This document shows positions 1 to 13,271 of a stretch of DNA of 64,000 nt, one piece after another (position 1 is the stretch's first letter; each line of letters begins with the position of its first letter). The notes under the pieces were generated by a model that was not told the origin of the DNA, ran no database searches, and was given only the letters and a program-made list of their open reading frames with translations. The stretch comes from Octopus sinensis. Taxonomy: Eukaryota. The position numbers were made by a program, and so were the translations under genes. The stretch spans positions 86,490,001-86,554,000 of the forward strand of contig NC_042998.1 in NCBI RefSeq assembly GCF_006345805.1, read 5' to 3'.

Positions 1-531
1 ACAGAGTTTGCATTTCTGGGTGTCAGAAGTTTTATAGATGTTATACTTCACTGAATTGGTAGCGGGAACCTGGTCTTGTGCAGCAATGATCAGGTTTTTG
101 GTGGTGTGCTTCAAATCACCTTGCTCAAGCCATGCCCACAATGCTGTATTATCCTTAAGTCTTGTGTATTTCTTTCATACTGTCCATGTATTTCAAGAAC
201 GTCGTATTTTCTCTTCTTGTCAACTCTTTGGTTAAACTCTTCCTTGCCCATCATTTCATCTACATTTACACCATATGTTTCGCGGCATATTGCAGCAGGT
301 CTTCATCAGTATTTATCAAATACTCAGCAAGTGTTCTCTTTTCTCTCTTTATACCATGGTCTATACTAATTAGTCCTCTGCCACCTCTCTTTCTTTTCAT
401 ATACAGTCTATTTATGCTTGCTTTATGGTGTAGAACCCCATGCAGTGTCATCATCTTTCTTGTCCTATCTGGTGTTGATATTTCCTCCTTAGTCCATTTG
501 AGGATGGACGCACTATATCTGACCACCTGCT
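1..531 (-). mobile_element. R4/Dong-clade LINE fragment (post-RT region, start of the CCHC zinc knuckle)
   Basis: ORF 266-526 contains DRTRKMMTLHG..H...LYMKRKRGGRGL; further 3' on the minus strand WLEQGDLK...LIIAAQDQ...KCKLC. Confidence 0.85.
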
Positions 532-660
532 AAGATTGACTTAACTTTCATCCTTTCAGGGTCGATAAATCAAATACCAGTTGAATACTGAGGTTGATGT
601 AATCAGTTAACCCTCTCCCCCAAATTTCAGGCCTTATGTCCATAAAAGAAAGGATTATTA
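520..660 (+). mobile_element. SINE family A, 3' part
   Basis: Shares tttcatcctttcagggtcgataaa..aagtaccag...ggccttatgtcc...gaaaggattatt with the copies at 1505, 7326 and 7537. Confidence 0.7.
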
Positions 661-679
661 CTATTATTATCATTATCAT

Positions 680-859
680 TGAGTGAGAGAGTAGTGCATG
701 CCATCAAAGTGACACTGGGGTAAAGTATACAAAGCCCTGTATACCCATCATGACTACCTGTCTGATAAGGGTACACCAGGCACATGCATCACAACCATAT
801 GTGTATGACATGGTGATCTCATATCAAGATTAACAGCACATGACCTTGCAGGTGGGGCC

Positions 860-860
<1 letters not shown>
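680..860 (-). mobile_element. Partial copy of the ~540-bp (TTA)n-flanked element (family B)
   Basis: gagtgagagagtagtgcatgccatcaaagtgacactgggg...accttgcaggtggggcc is nearly identical to 4787-5325 and 7770-8326. Strand is inferred from the position of the TAA tail. Confidence 0.75.
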
Positions 861-898
<38 letters not shown>

Positions 899-901
<3 letters not shown>

Positions 902-1250
902 CTCCACCTTAATGAAGACAGAAGTATTGTTTTCAGTCATGTTTGTTTGTTTGTCCAAGGTTAGCAATTCTGAAGAACCACTGGATAGATTTGGATGAAA
1001 TTTTCAGGGAGGTTTGGCTTTGTGACTGGCACAAACTCATTGCATTTTGGAATCGATCTGCTTCTGGGCAAGAATTCTAGATTATTTTTCCTGTATTTTA
1101 CTTAATTTTTGAGAGTTCATTTTTTTGTATTGTTGTTTGTGAGAGTAGTCAAGTTTATTTCAGACATTTTCATTTTAAAAATCATCTCTGGCTAATCATT
1201 GAGAGGATAGTGCTGCCTTGGCAGAGGTTTACACTCTCTGAGTGCTCTTC
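899..1250 (+). mobile_element. Non-autonomous Helentron-associated (HINE/DINE-1-like) element
   Basis: (GTTT)n tract near the 5' end, ggatagatttggatgaaattttcagg core, 3' subterminal motif gccttggcagaggt followed by the short hairpin cactctctgagtg. Confidence 0.55.
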
Positions 1251-1474
1251 TTCTTCGTCTTGTTGTTGCTGTTGTTGTTGTTGTTGCTACTGCTGCTGCT
1301 TGTGTTGTTGTTGTTATTATTTTCAAAATCTGCCAAGGTCATGTTTGCCTTTCATCCTTTTAAGGTTAGTAAAATAAGTACTGACTGAGTACTGAGGTTG
1401 ATGAAACCAACTTGACCCCTCCTCCTACTTTGCTGGCCTTGTGCCAAAATTTGAAACCATTAATAATAATAGTA

Positions 1475-1504
<30 letters not shown>

Positions 1505-1506
<2 letters not shown>

Positions 1507-1735
1507 GGCAGCAAGCTAGTAGAATCCATAGCAATCTGGATTAAATGCTTAGCGGTATTTCACCCATCGCTATGTCCTAAGTTCAAATTCCACTGCGGTC
1601 AACTTTGCCTTTCATCCTTCAGAGGTTGATAAAATAAGTACCAGTTGAACATGGGGGTGGGGTGGGGGTCGATGTAATTGACTCATCCCCACCTCCTTCA
1701 AGCTGCGTTCATGGCAAAAATTTGAAATAATAATT
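1505..1735 (+). mobile_element. SINE family A
   Basis: aaggcagcaagctagtagaatc...aaatgcttagcggtatttc...gagttcaaattcc (B-box-like)...tttcatcct; preceded by (TTA)n. Confidence 0.8.
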
Positions 1736-1759
1736 ATTAATATTATTATTTATTGTTTT

Positions 1760-4745
1760 TGCACAGCTTCTAACACTGAAGATGTACTTCAGTGCCAGTT
1801 GTTCACTACCCTTTATTTTTTGAGCACTATCCGGAGTAGTCAAGTGGTTCCAAGCAGTGCTGTTTTCTGCAAGTGCTCTACCCTTTTTGCAGCCCCTATT
1901 TGTTTTATGTACTTCTCAAGATTTTTACTCACTGTTCCCAGGGCTCTGACAATTATTGCTACTACTACCTCCCAATTATTGCTACTACTACTGCTTAACC
2001 TCCCAAACTAGTCTGTTATATTTATTGACTTTTCTGTCTTCCTTGTCAGCTGGACATGCTATATCTTTGATCCAGCATCGTTTGCTTTCTTTCTCAATAA
2101 ATACTATTTTTGGTTCCTATTCTCTATCTTATGGTCACATTGAATCATAAAATCCCACCTAGGATCTTTGCATTATAATTTTTATGATGTCTTCTGGTTT
2201 ATGTTCATACCACTTTTTTGCTTTGTCAAGTCCATACATGTAAAGTGTCCAATGGACAATCCTTGCTATATTGTCATGTCTCTTATATTCGTTCTGGGCT
2301 AGTGATGTACATTGACTGGTAATATGCCATATGGTTTCACCATTTTGCCTATAAACTCTGCACTTATCACTTTCTGTTGTCTATTTCTGTATTTGATGTA
2401 ACTCGTTTTTAGTGCTTGTTCTTGGGCAGCACAGATTAGAGCCTCCGTTTCCAATTTTAAATCACTTATAGTCATCCACAGCCGTCTTTTTTCTCTGTCT
2501 TATCTTCAACATCCATATGAAATTGTCCATGCATTCTTTTCTTTATCCACCTATTTTCAGTTTCATTCATTCTCAAGTGCTTGTACAGTGCTTTATCTTT
2601 GCAATTTTCCATCCTACACAAGCTTGACCTTCTTACTTCCAATAATGGTGGTTCTGTGGCATTTTTTACATACCACTATATGTTGTTTTCTTCTGCTCTA
2701 ATGCTGTGTTTGTATCCAATCAGTCCTCTTCCCCCTCTTTTTCTTGGTACATACAATGTGTCACTTTTTAGGTGGCGTATTCTATATCTAGTCAGCAATT
2801 TCTTTGTCTTTCTGTCTAAGCTGTTTAGTTCTTCTATTGTCCATGTGATTATCCCTGCTCCATATCTAAGGAGTGAAACTCTAAGGAGTGTTGATCGCTC
2901 CAATCTTACTCCATCCATTTAATTTTGACTTAAGAATCAGTTTCAGTCTGTGCAAGTACTCCACCTTAAATTTTTCTGTCATTTCTTTCTCCATCAATTT
3001 ATCCATTTCCAATATCCCCAAGTTCTTATAGCCCGTCTCTTCTATCTGCTTCAAAACCCACCCCTGACAATATCGGTAGCCCATCCATACATTTGATTTT
3101 GCCTCTCTTCAAGACTAACACATCACACTTTTTAATTCCGAACTCCATTCTGATATCAGCACTGAAAGTGTACACCGTTTCAACGAGGGAATTGACTCGG
3201 GATTCATCTTTACCATAAAGTTTGAGGTCATCCATGAATAACAAGTGGTTGACTTTGTTGGTGGCTCTTCAGTACATACCCAGTCTTTACTTTCCTCGGA
3301 AGCAGTGTTAGTGGTATAATGCACATACAAAGATCAGTGGGGACAGGTAGTCGCCTTGGAAAATGCCTCTCCTGATTTCTATTGTCTCTAAACTTCTTCC
3401 ATATGCTGTCAATTCTGTCCTCCATTTCACCATACTTTTTCTGAGCAGTCACTCGACATTCAATGCAGTACCAAATAGGTTCATACATTCCATAATCCAA
3501 GAATGTGGGATCATATCATACACCTTATGATAATCGATCCATTACATGGCAAAGTTAGTTTTCCTCCTCTTGCAGTCTCCAAGTACAGTTTTGTCTACCA
3601 GGCATTGATCCTTGGTACCTCTGCACTTACGCTTACAACCCTTCTGCTCATGTGGCAGGACTCCATTTCTTTCCAGATGTCCATACATTCACTCTGCGAC
3701 TATTCTAGTCAATAATGTCCACTTAAGTGGCAAGCAGGATATCGGATTTCAAGTCCAGCACTGTCCTACCCATTGTCTACCAATCTGGTGTTATTTGGTT
3801 GGCAGCTATTTGTGCCTGACATTCACTAAATCTTTTGATCCAGTAGCCTTGAACTTCATCTGGTACTGGGGCCTTCTAGTTGCCCATTTTTTGCTAATTT
3901 CCTTCACTTCCCTAACTGAAATGACTAGTTCTGCCTGTTTTGGACTGCTCCTTGCCTTTGCTCCAAATGTCACTCCAAAACCTTTGATTTTAATGTTATC
4001 TGGTATCAACTTTTCATCTGTACACTCTCCGTTTATTTCTTTATAGAATCTCTTCTGATCTACTCTGAATATCCAATTCTACTGGTAACCCTTCATTCTT
4101 TGGTCGTATCTTACCATCTTTGCTTTCTTTGCAATGAGGTGCTGTTTCAGTTCCTCCATTACTACTTTCTGGCCCTCTCTTTCAATATTATACTTCTTGT
4201 TCAATGCCCTGTATTTTTGTTCACTTTTAAGCTCCCCCTTTTATTTTCGGTGTAACACAGAAATGCCCTTTGAGAGCATGTCTAACACTGCCAGTATTCT
4301 TCTTTTCCACCATGGATCTTTTCTTTTGTCTCTTCCATTATATTTCCTTTTGACATCAACACCCACATTTTCTGCTACAACAATACTTGCTGCCTTGATC
4401 AAATTATTTGTTTCTGTTATGTTTTTTGTTCTGATGTATTTCAGAACTTCATTCACATTTTTTGTTTCTTGGTTCACTTTCCACCAATCAACCGTTTTTA
4501 AGGTTGTAAATAATGTTGCTTTTGTTCTCCTGTAGCCTTGCCTTTATTCTCATCATTAGTTTTATTGTCTTCTTCAAACCATCTATATGTCTCTCATCGA
4601 GCAAGCTATCACTGTTCCTTTCCTGTGGTTTATTAGAGATTTCACCTGTTTTTTGCTTGATCACATAATCTCTGTTCCGTGAGTTGAAACAGTTCTCTTT
4701 CTCTCCATTGATCATACATACATTGTTGGTATTCCCAAAGATGAA
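1760..4745 (-). mobile_element. R4/Dong-clade non-LTR retrotransposon, degenerate, ~3 kb
   Basis: Colinear minus-strand fragments: N-terminal TEQRLCDQ, ITETNNLIKAAS; RT domain (GIFQGD-like, LFMDDLKLY); YKNLGILE; LYVPRKRGGRGL; then the restriction-like endonuclease region. Both ends abut (TTA)n. Confidence 0.92.
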
Positions 4746-4753
4746 CGCCATTT

Positions 4754-4785
<32 letters not shown>

Positions 4786-4786
4786 G

Positions 4787-5325
4787 AGTGAGAGAGCAGT
4801 GCATGCCATCAAAGTGACACTGGGATAAAATATATGAAGCCCAGTATACCCATCATGACTACCTGTCTGATAAGGGTACACCAGGCACATGCATCACAAC
4901 AATATGTGCACGACATGGTGATCTCATATCAAGATAAACAGCGCATGACCTTGCAGGTGGGGCCCAGTTAGAATTTTCTTCTGGTTGAGTAGCCCATCCC
5001 GCTCAAAAGGTCCCTGAATAAGGATTGTTTAAGGATGTTGAATGAACCACCCATGTTTCCAAAGGTGAATTATTCAAACCTCTAAGAATTCCTTTCAACA
5101 CACAGCTCTGATGCTCCCCCACTACTTACGATTGTGATCAGAAATGCACATATCGTCAGCCACTAAGGGACATGGTCAACTGGTTACGGTCAAACAACTG
5201 ACAAGCAAATCTGTGGTATTGAGCAGAATATTTGCTGTAGCCCATCTTTTATACCAAGACAAAACAAGGTACATGATAACACTTCCAGCAGCCATGAGAG
5301 CCATTGCCTGGTACTGCATCAGGGC
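4787..5325 (-). mobile_element. Family B non-autonomous element in a (TTA)n tract
   Basis: Full ~540-bp copy, colinear with 7770-8326. Confidence 0.8.
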
Positions 5326-5329
5326 GGCG

Positions 5330-7110
5330 GCATCATCATCATCATCATCGTCATCATTCATTCATTCATTCATTCATTCATTTAGTGTCTGTTTTCTATG
5401 CTGGCATGGGTTAGAGGGTTTGACTGAAACTGGTAAGCCCGAGAGTTGCACCAGGTTCCAATCTGAGTTAGCATGGTTCCTTTGATTGGATGCCCTTCCT
5501 AATGCCAACCACTCCAAGAGTGTAATGGATACTTTTTATTGTAATCGATACTTTTTTTACTCAGCTGTCTTTGCCCATACCAGCACAGTCATCTCTCTTG
5601 CACGTCACATCCGATGCCTCTTATGACCAACTTTTCTCTTGGGATGCTTACAATCTGTCATACATGTACACTGACATTGCACATTCAGCAAAGCACACTA
5701 GCTTCATTTGTTTGAAGCCTACACATGTCCTCGGCAGTCACAGCCCATGTTTTGCTACCATGTAACATAGTTGTTTGCACACAGGCACCATACTGTCTAC
5801 CTTTCACTCTGAGCAAGAGACCCTTTGTTACCAACAGAAGTAGAAACTCTCTAAACTTTGCCCAGCCTATTCTTATTCTAGCAACAATGCTCTCAGATAG
5901 ATAACAGAAGCTATCTACTACTTGTACAGCTCTCACCAACCTCTTGCTTATCACAGATAAGTGTGTTGGGGACCCTGTTGAAGGCTTTATCCATGTCAAC
6001 AAAAGTCAAGGACAGAGATTTTTCAGCTGCCTTACCAGAAATATAACATCAGTGGTGCTTCTCCCTGACACAAAACCAAACTGCATCTCATTAAGGCTAA
6101 CTCTCATCATAATTGGTTGGGCTATGACCCTCTCTGTAATTTTCACAGCTTGATCCAACAATTTGATACCTCTGTAATTATTTCTACCTAAGGTCACCTT
6201 TACCTTTGTAGCTGTTGACTATGATGCTGCTCCACTAGTCAAGGGGTATGACTCCCTCATATTCAACCTGATTAACTATACAAGTAACTAGACCATAACC
6301 CACACTGCCAGATTTTTTAAGCATCTCAGCAGTGATTTCTAATGGGCCTAGTCTGCATATTCTTAATGGCTTTATCTACCAAGCTACTGTCTATTTGGAT
6401 TGCTGGTCCCTCTCTTGAATCCACAGAAGGCAGACTCTCCTTCTACCATGAGTTCTCTCCATTTAGCAGCCTTTCATAGTGGGACTTCCAAGCCTCTTTC
6501 TTTGCAGAGCCACTAACTTCAAGTGAACTATCCCCCATGCACTTCTCTCTAACACCATTACAGTTTTATGTGGTACACTGTCTTGCAAACTGAAATACTT
6601 CAAGCCACTGGTCCTTACACTGCAGAACTTCAGAAAACTTCTTTTCTGCCTCACCTCTGGTTAAGTATACCTGCTTCCTAGCTTCCTCTCTAGCTGCTTG
6701 ATATATCTCTTTGTTACAGCCACCCTTCAAGTCCTTCCAAGCATGTTTCTTTGCTCTAATTGTCCTGTCAACTACACTGTAATACCACCACATCATCCTA
6801 GGCCTGATTGGGACTTTGCATCAGCCACAAATTTGGTCTGTGTCTCTCAGCAAGTTGTCCTGTAGGAACTTCCAGTTACCTTCTATGTTACAAGACTGTA
6901 ACCCTCTTCCTTCTCATTAAATGCTTAAGTTAGAACATATCTAAATCTCTGACTATTCAAAGGACTATTCAAAGCTTCCATATCCTTCTTTTCCAAACTG
7001 GCTTGCTTCTTGGATTTTTTTGTGCCAGTAGCTTGACTTCACTAATGAATAACCTATGCTGTGGGGTACATTCCACTCCAAGGAAGGTTTTTGCAATTAT
7101 GAGCACCCTG
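5330..7110 (-). mobile_element. RTE-clade LINE, degenerate, with internal deletions and a (GAT)n tail
   Basis: End of the endonuclease (VECTPQHRL), NYRGIKLLDQ..K..ERVI, MQFGF..GRSTTD.IF.VRQL, VDSFCYL...ARIRIGWAKFRE, MLHGSKTW; 3' UTR ending in (CAT)n on + at 5330-5360. Confidence 0.88.
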
Positions 7111-7315
7111 GTGTCATGCAAATGGCACCTATGCTGGTGGCATGTAAAAGCACCCTTTATAGTCGCAGTGTGGTTGGCGTTAAGAAGGAAATCTAGCCAC
7201 AGAAAACCATGCCAAATCAGACTGGAATCTGGTACAGTCTTCCAGTGTGCCAGCCTGGTCAAGCTGTCCAGCCGATGTCAGCATGGACAGCAGACATTAA
7301 ATGATGATGAACAGC
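7110..7315 (+). mobile_element. Short 3'-UTR copy of the same RTE family
   Basis: ggcatgtaaaagcaccc...ggttggcgttaagaagg...ccaaatcagactgg...gcatggacagcagacattaaatgatgatg. Confidence 0.7.
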
Positions 7316-7325
7316 CATTGTTATT

Positions 7326-7750
7326 AAGGTGGCAAGTTGGCAGAAATGTTACTATGCCAGATAAAATGCTTACCAGCACTTCATCTGTCATTGTGTTATG
7401 AGTTCAAATTCCACCAAGGTTGATTTTCCTTTCATCCTTTTGAGGTTGATAAATTAAGTATCAATGAAATGACTAATACCCTTCCCACAAATTTCAGGCC
7501 TTGTGCCTTCAGTAGAAAGGACTTATTATTTTTATTAAGGTGGTGAGCTGGTAGAATCATTAGCATGCTGGGTAAAATGCTTAGCGGCATTTCATCCATC
7601 CTTACATTGAGTTCAAATTCTGCCAAAGTCAACTTTGACTTTCATCCTTCATTCCAGGTCGATAAAATAAGTACTAGTTGAGCGCTGGGGTTGATGTAAT
7701 TGACTACCCACTCCCCCAGATTTCAGGTCTTGTGTCTGTAATAGAAAAGA
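7326..7750 (+). mobile_element. Two tandem SINE family A copies (7326-7520 and 7537-7750)
   Basis: Each starts aaggtgg.gag.tgg.agaa and ends gtgc...agaaaggattatt; they are separated by a short TTA-rich spacer. Confidence 0.8.
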
Positions 7751-7769
7751 TTATTATTATTATTTTTAT

Positions 7770-8326
7770 TTAGTGAGAGAGCAGTGCATGCCATCAAAGT
7801 GACATTGGGGTACAAATATACAAAGTCTTATATATCCATCATGACTACCCGTCTGATAAGGATAGACCTGGCACATGCATTACAACCATATGTGCACAAC
7901 ATGGTGATCTCATATCAAGGTAAACTATGCATAACCTTGCAGATGGGGCCCAGTTAAAATTTTCTTCAGGTCAAGTAGCCCATACTGCTTAAAAGGTCTC
8001 TGAATAAGGTTTGCTTAAGGATGCCAAACAAAACTCTCTTTTTTCCAGACATTAATTATTGAAACCATAAAGAATTTCTCTCAACATATGGTTATGATGC
8101 TACCCCACTACTTCTGTTTGCGATCACAGATGTACATAACATCAGCCACTAAGGGACATTCTCAACTGGTTAAGGTCAAATAAATGACAAGTAAGTCTGT
8201 GGTATTGAGCAGAATATTTACTGTGGCCCATCTTTTATACCAAGACAAAGCATGTACATGATAACACTTTCGATCAGTTAAAATCAGAAGCCATGAGAGC
8301 CAGTGCCTTGTACTGCATCAGGGCAT
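7770..8326 (-). mobile_element. Family B non-autonomous element in a (TTA)n tract
   Basis: Colinear with 4787-5325; (TTA)n on both sides. Confidence 0.8.
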
Positions 8327-8489
8327 TATTATTATTATTATTATTATTATTTGATAAAAACTCTCAGTTTCTTTTGCCAAGTATGATGGAAAGTATCAGC
8401 TATCCACAGCCAGCAGGCTATATTATTATTTTTATTATTTTGCTTTAGCTCATGTTCGGTCTTATTCTTGGAAGGGATTATGTAGATAG

Positions 8490-11400
8490 CAGGTTACTAC
8501 TGTAACCTTAGGTATGCACAAGTTTTCAGCTGTCTTTCAAGTGCTTAGGACCCTTTTGATAATCCGTGCTGTTCCTAAGGAGCTCTACTGGGCATTCTAT
8601 TTCAATCTCCCTCAGCCATTTGTCTATATCTTGGCTTACTGTTCCCAATGCACCAATTATTATAGGCACAACTTTTACTATTCACATGCTTCAAATTCTT
8701 CCTATTTCAAAATTTAGGTGATTGTATTTGTTTTTGTTTTTCTTCTTTCTTTACAATCCTGGAATGAAATGGGTATGATAGGTCAATAAGTAATCAACTT
8801 TGCTTTTCCTTATCTATAATTGTAATATCTGGTCTGTTGTTTTCTAATTTCTTGTCCGTTTGAATTTGAAAGTCCCACACAATCTTAGATTTCTCCAACT
8901 CTAGTACTCTTTTGACTCGATGATTGTACTGTGTGTTTCCAACTTTAAATCCCCATTTCTGGCATAGTTTCCAGTGTAAAACTTTTACAACCTGGTCGTG
9001 CCTACATTTATTATATTCTTCCTATGACATCTTATGGTATTCTGTCACAGTGTGTGCCACTGTATCATTCCATGTTCCACAGGCTCTACATTTTCTGACA
9101 TATTCTCTCCATATATATTTTTTCTCAAGTTGTTTGTTTTTATCACTTGATCTTGGACTGCTGCACCTTGGCTCTATGTTTCTTTTTTTACTTGCCTAAT
9201 TTTTAACCAAGCCCAGGTTCTGCATACATCTTCAGTGGCTCTCCAAAATTGTCCATGCTGAGGTTTCTCTTTAATCTGTTTGATGTGCTCTCTTTGTACT
9301 TCATTCTTGTCCTTTTCTCCTATTATGTGCTTCATCACCTGTTCTTTCTTAACTACTTGTAGTAGTTTTTCTGTGCTGCTGTGTAAATACTCTACTAGAC
9401 TTTTTCTTTCCATCTGTACACATTCTTTTACTGCTATTAAGCCTCTCCCACCCTGGTCTCTCCTCAAATATAGCTGGTTGATATCAGCTTTTGGATGGTG
9501 GGCTCCATACATCATCAACAACTTCCTAGTTTTTCTGTTAAGTTTCTTTATTTCATTTTTGGTCCAGTCTATTACTCCAAGTCCATGTCTGATGAAGGGT
9601 ATTGCTCTTGAATTTTTTGCTTCAATGATATTTTTGGAATTCAGCTTTGACTGCAATAATTTTCTGACTTTCCTTGTATACTCTTTACTGATAACCTGAT
9701 TAATTTCTTCATTTTTTATCTCATCTGCTTCCAATATTCCCAAGTACTTATACCACTATCCTTTCTCAACCAGTCTCATTGTTTGCCCAATTGGCATTAC
9801 AATTTCCTTGCTTCTTTCAAATCTTCCTTGTTTCATTTTCAGTATAGCACACTTTTCTATCTCAAACTCCATACCTACGTCATTTAAGAAAATGTGGATA
9901 TTATGTCCAAGGCTTTCAAGCTGTTTCTCATTTTTTGCATAAACCTTTATATCATCCATGAAAAGGATATGATTTATCTGACCATTTTCTTTTCCCAAAT
10001 CATAAGCAATTTTAACTTTTTCTTGTTTCATAGTGAACTGTGTCATGGCCAGTACAAATAGCAATGGAGACAAACTATCACCTTAGAATATTCCACATCT
10101 GATGTTCACTTTTCTGAGTTTCTGTTTTTCTCTGTTCACTTCAGTATTCCAATGTTTCATGCTTTCATTAAGCATTTTCTCCATGTTTTTTTGCTATTCT
10201 AAACATGCTCGTTGTCTTATTTATCTGTGTGGTACCATGTCATACACTTTTTTGTAATCTAGCCATGTTACATTCAGTCCTATCAATTTGCATCTACAAT
10301 TTCTAATTATCATTTCATCAACTAATAATTGATTTTTTGTTGGCCTACTTTGTTTCATGCATCCTTTCTGTTCTTCTGGAAGTAGAGTGTTACTTTCCAG
10401 ATGGCTGTATAACTCTTCCACCAAAACACTCGTCATAAGCTTCTGCATTAGTGGCAGACAGGTTATAGATGAAAAAATTGGATGCCAAGTTCCCTTTCAA
10501 GGTATAGCAACCTTCGTCACTTGTCATCCAGTTGGTCAGCGATTCTTTCACGCAACTGTGTAAAATTCTTCAGCCAATAGCCTTGTACTCCACCAGGGCC
10601 TGGTCCTTTCCAATTTTTAAAAACTTTCGTCTCACTGTATATAGATTAATTCTGATGTCCTTTTGTTTTCGTAAAGTTTCAAGTTTTCTGACTTTCCTTG
10701 GATACTCTCTACTGATAATTTGCTTAATTTCTTCATTTTTTATCTCATCTGCTTCCAATATTCCCAAGTATTTATACCACTGTCCTTTCTCAACCACTCT
10801 CATTATTTGCCCATTTGGCATTACGATTTCTTCACTTATTTCAAATCTTCCTTGTTTCATTTTCAATATAGTGCACTTTTCTGTCTCTAACTCCATACCT
10901 ATGTCATTTAAGACAATGTGGATATTATGTACAGGGCTTTCAAGCTGTTTCTCATTTTTTGCATTAACCTTTATATCATCCATGAAAAGGATATGATTTA
11001 TCTGACCAGCGAGACATAAAGAAAGCACTTTCTTTATGTCTCACTGGCCTGCTCCACAGCCTTCCCTAAAATTCTTTACTTCCTTCTGCATTTGGGATCC
11101 GTTCTTGGTGTTGGCTTCTCTCTATTTCCTCAAATAGACACCTTCTATTTGATTGAAACAATCTGTTCTGTTCAGGACCTTTGCATTTTGCATCATACCT
11201 TTTTAAATTGGCCTTTAATGCTGTCACCTTTTGTATCAATTCTTCACGTACCGTTTGTTTTCCCCTTTCTTTTAACCTGTACTGTTTATTTAATTTTCTG
11301 ATTATGACCTTATTCTTGAGCTCACCTCTCATTATCCTATTTAGTTACCCCAGTTCATTCCATGTCTTTTCCAGCTTCATTCGTATTCTCTTCCTCCAGT

Positions 11401-11700
11401 TTGGCTCTTTCTTTCATTTGCTTTTATATCTTCAGTTTTTCACTTGCAACCTATCTTAGCTATGACAATAACAGCAGCTATAATTAACTGGTTTGTTTAA
11501 CTGATGTTTTCTGCTTTAATGAAGCTTAAAACATCATTAACATTGCCTGTGGTTTTTCTAACTCATTTTCTGTCCATATGTCTTATATTTGATGGTTCTT
11601 CATTGTTCCCATCAGTCATTTTACCCCACAACATTTCTAAAATCTCCTTCTCTTCATCATTCAAGTCTTGTACAGTACTTTCAGTCACTTGTCTGTATAG
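8490..11700 (-). mobile_element. R4/Dong LINE, rearranged, with a 324-bp internal duplication
   Basis: ORFs 11066-11332, 10221-10448 (LPEEQKGC...LLVD...WLDYKKVYDMVPH), 9756-10073 (LFMDDIKVY) and 9174-9743 (LYLRRDQGGRGL); endonuclease remnants extend to ~8500. Confidence 0.92.
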
Positions 11701-11701
11701 A

Positions 11702-13270
11702 TCAGTGTTTCCCAAACTTTTCATGCCAAATTACAATATCACCAACTTATTGGCCAAAAAATGCTCCATCGCCCACCTGTTTAAAAAGAACCCTGACACA
11801 ACCCTCCCTAATACCAGATCCCCTAGGACCCCCCCCCCCCGTATCATTTGACACACACGCTATATTGTAGACTTATTGCTCGGTTAGTGCCGTTTGAATT
11901 AAATATGCCGTTGTTTACAAATTCCCCTTATTGTAGGTTTAGTTTTGCCATTAGTGTGAATAAAATTCTAATGTTAACTCTATATTATGCAGGCAGATTA
12001 ACTTCAGTAAACTTGTGCTTTCTTTTACACTGATTTTTATTTTCTCCAAATGAACCATTGATCAGAACTACTGATGCAAAAATAATTGTTCTTGCAATCA
12101 ACTGCATGACCCTAAACAGATTACTATACCAATTTGGAATATTCAGCACAATAACATCTTGAAATCGCTCCACCATGCCATCATGCAATGATTGTAAATA
12201 TTTGCAATTTGCAATATGTAGTTAAATCCTCATCAACCAATTCATCTTTTAAAGAATCAAGTTGTGGAAATTGAGGGAATTGACAGTTTGAAATGTTAGT
12301 CTTATACAGCACCAATTTCAAATGTTAGCCTCATACAGCACCAATTTCAAAATGAAGTTAGTGATAAATGATTTACAATCAACGAGAGTTTTTCTGTTTC
12401 CTTGCAATAACTTATTCGGGACTATATCACAAAGAAAAAAGATATCGCATCTTGCAACCATCAATGAAGCAGATATTGGAATATCTTCAAAGAAAGATAT
12501 GATTATATGAAACACATTTTCCTTTTGACAGCCACTGCACTTCAGTATGGTATAAGAGTTTAGTATAGTCCTCATAATTTCTCAGACAGAGTTGATGGAA
12601 AATTTGATCAGACAAGGGACTGGATTTCAATTTATTTACAGTCTTGATAACTAACTGAAGCACATCATTCAATCTACTGTTTATATCTTTTGCCACTAAA
12701 TGCTGCTTGTGTGCCAAGCAATGAACAGTTAATACCTGATAAGAAATTTTATGCTTTAAGAAAGATGAAAAACTTTTGTATCTTCCTACCATCAAAGGGG
12801 CTCAATCAGATGCACAGGCAAGAATATTACTGAGTGGGATACTACATTCAAAAACAAAGACTTGAGAATGTGAATAATAGTTACACCTTTTGAATCAAGC
12901 GGCAGTTTCTCTGTGAACAGCATTTCCTCACAAGGCTGAAGGTCTTCACTGAAATACTGGACATATACCATCGTCAAACATCGATTGTCCACAACAGTTG
13001 ACTCATCTACTTGTATATAAAGTTCAGAATGCTGGAAAATATTAACGAGCTGATGTTTGACATCGTTGGCCATTTCATCAATGTGTCGAGAAATCATGTT
13101 ATTACTAAGTGGGATCTTCTTCAAAATGTTATCAGATTTTTCATCCATAACGGTTGACAAAACCTCTTTGCATCCATATGAGCCTCATCGACATCCTTTT
13201 TGTTCAGTGGGGAAAATATCGCTCTGTTCCATACATTCATATGTTTTCTTCATGAGGATGGATTTTAAAA
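11702..13270 (-). pseudogene. hAT (Buster/Charlie-type) transposase relic with one terminus
   Basis: TIR-like CAGTGTTTCCCAAAC at 11702. Minus-strand ORFs KIPLSNNMISRHIDEM...IQVDEST and VHCLAHKQHLVAK...LLYHTEVQWLSKGK are typical Buster motifs. The other end is replaced by an R4 fragment. Confidence 0.88.
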
Positions 13271-13271
13271 T

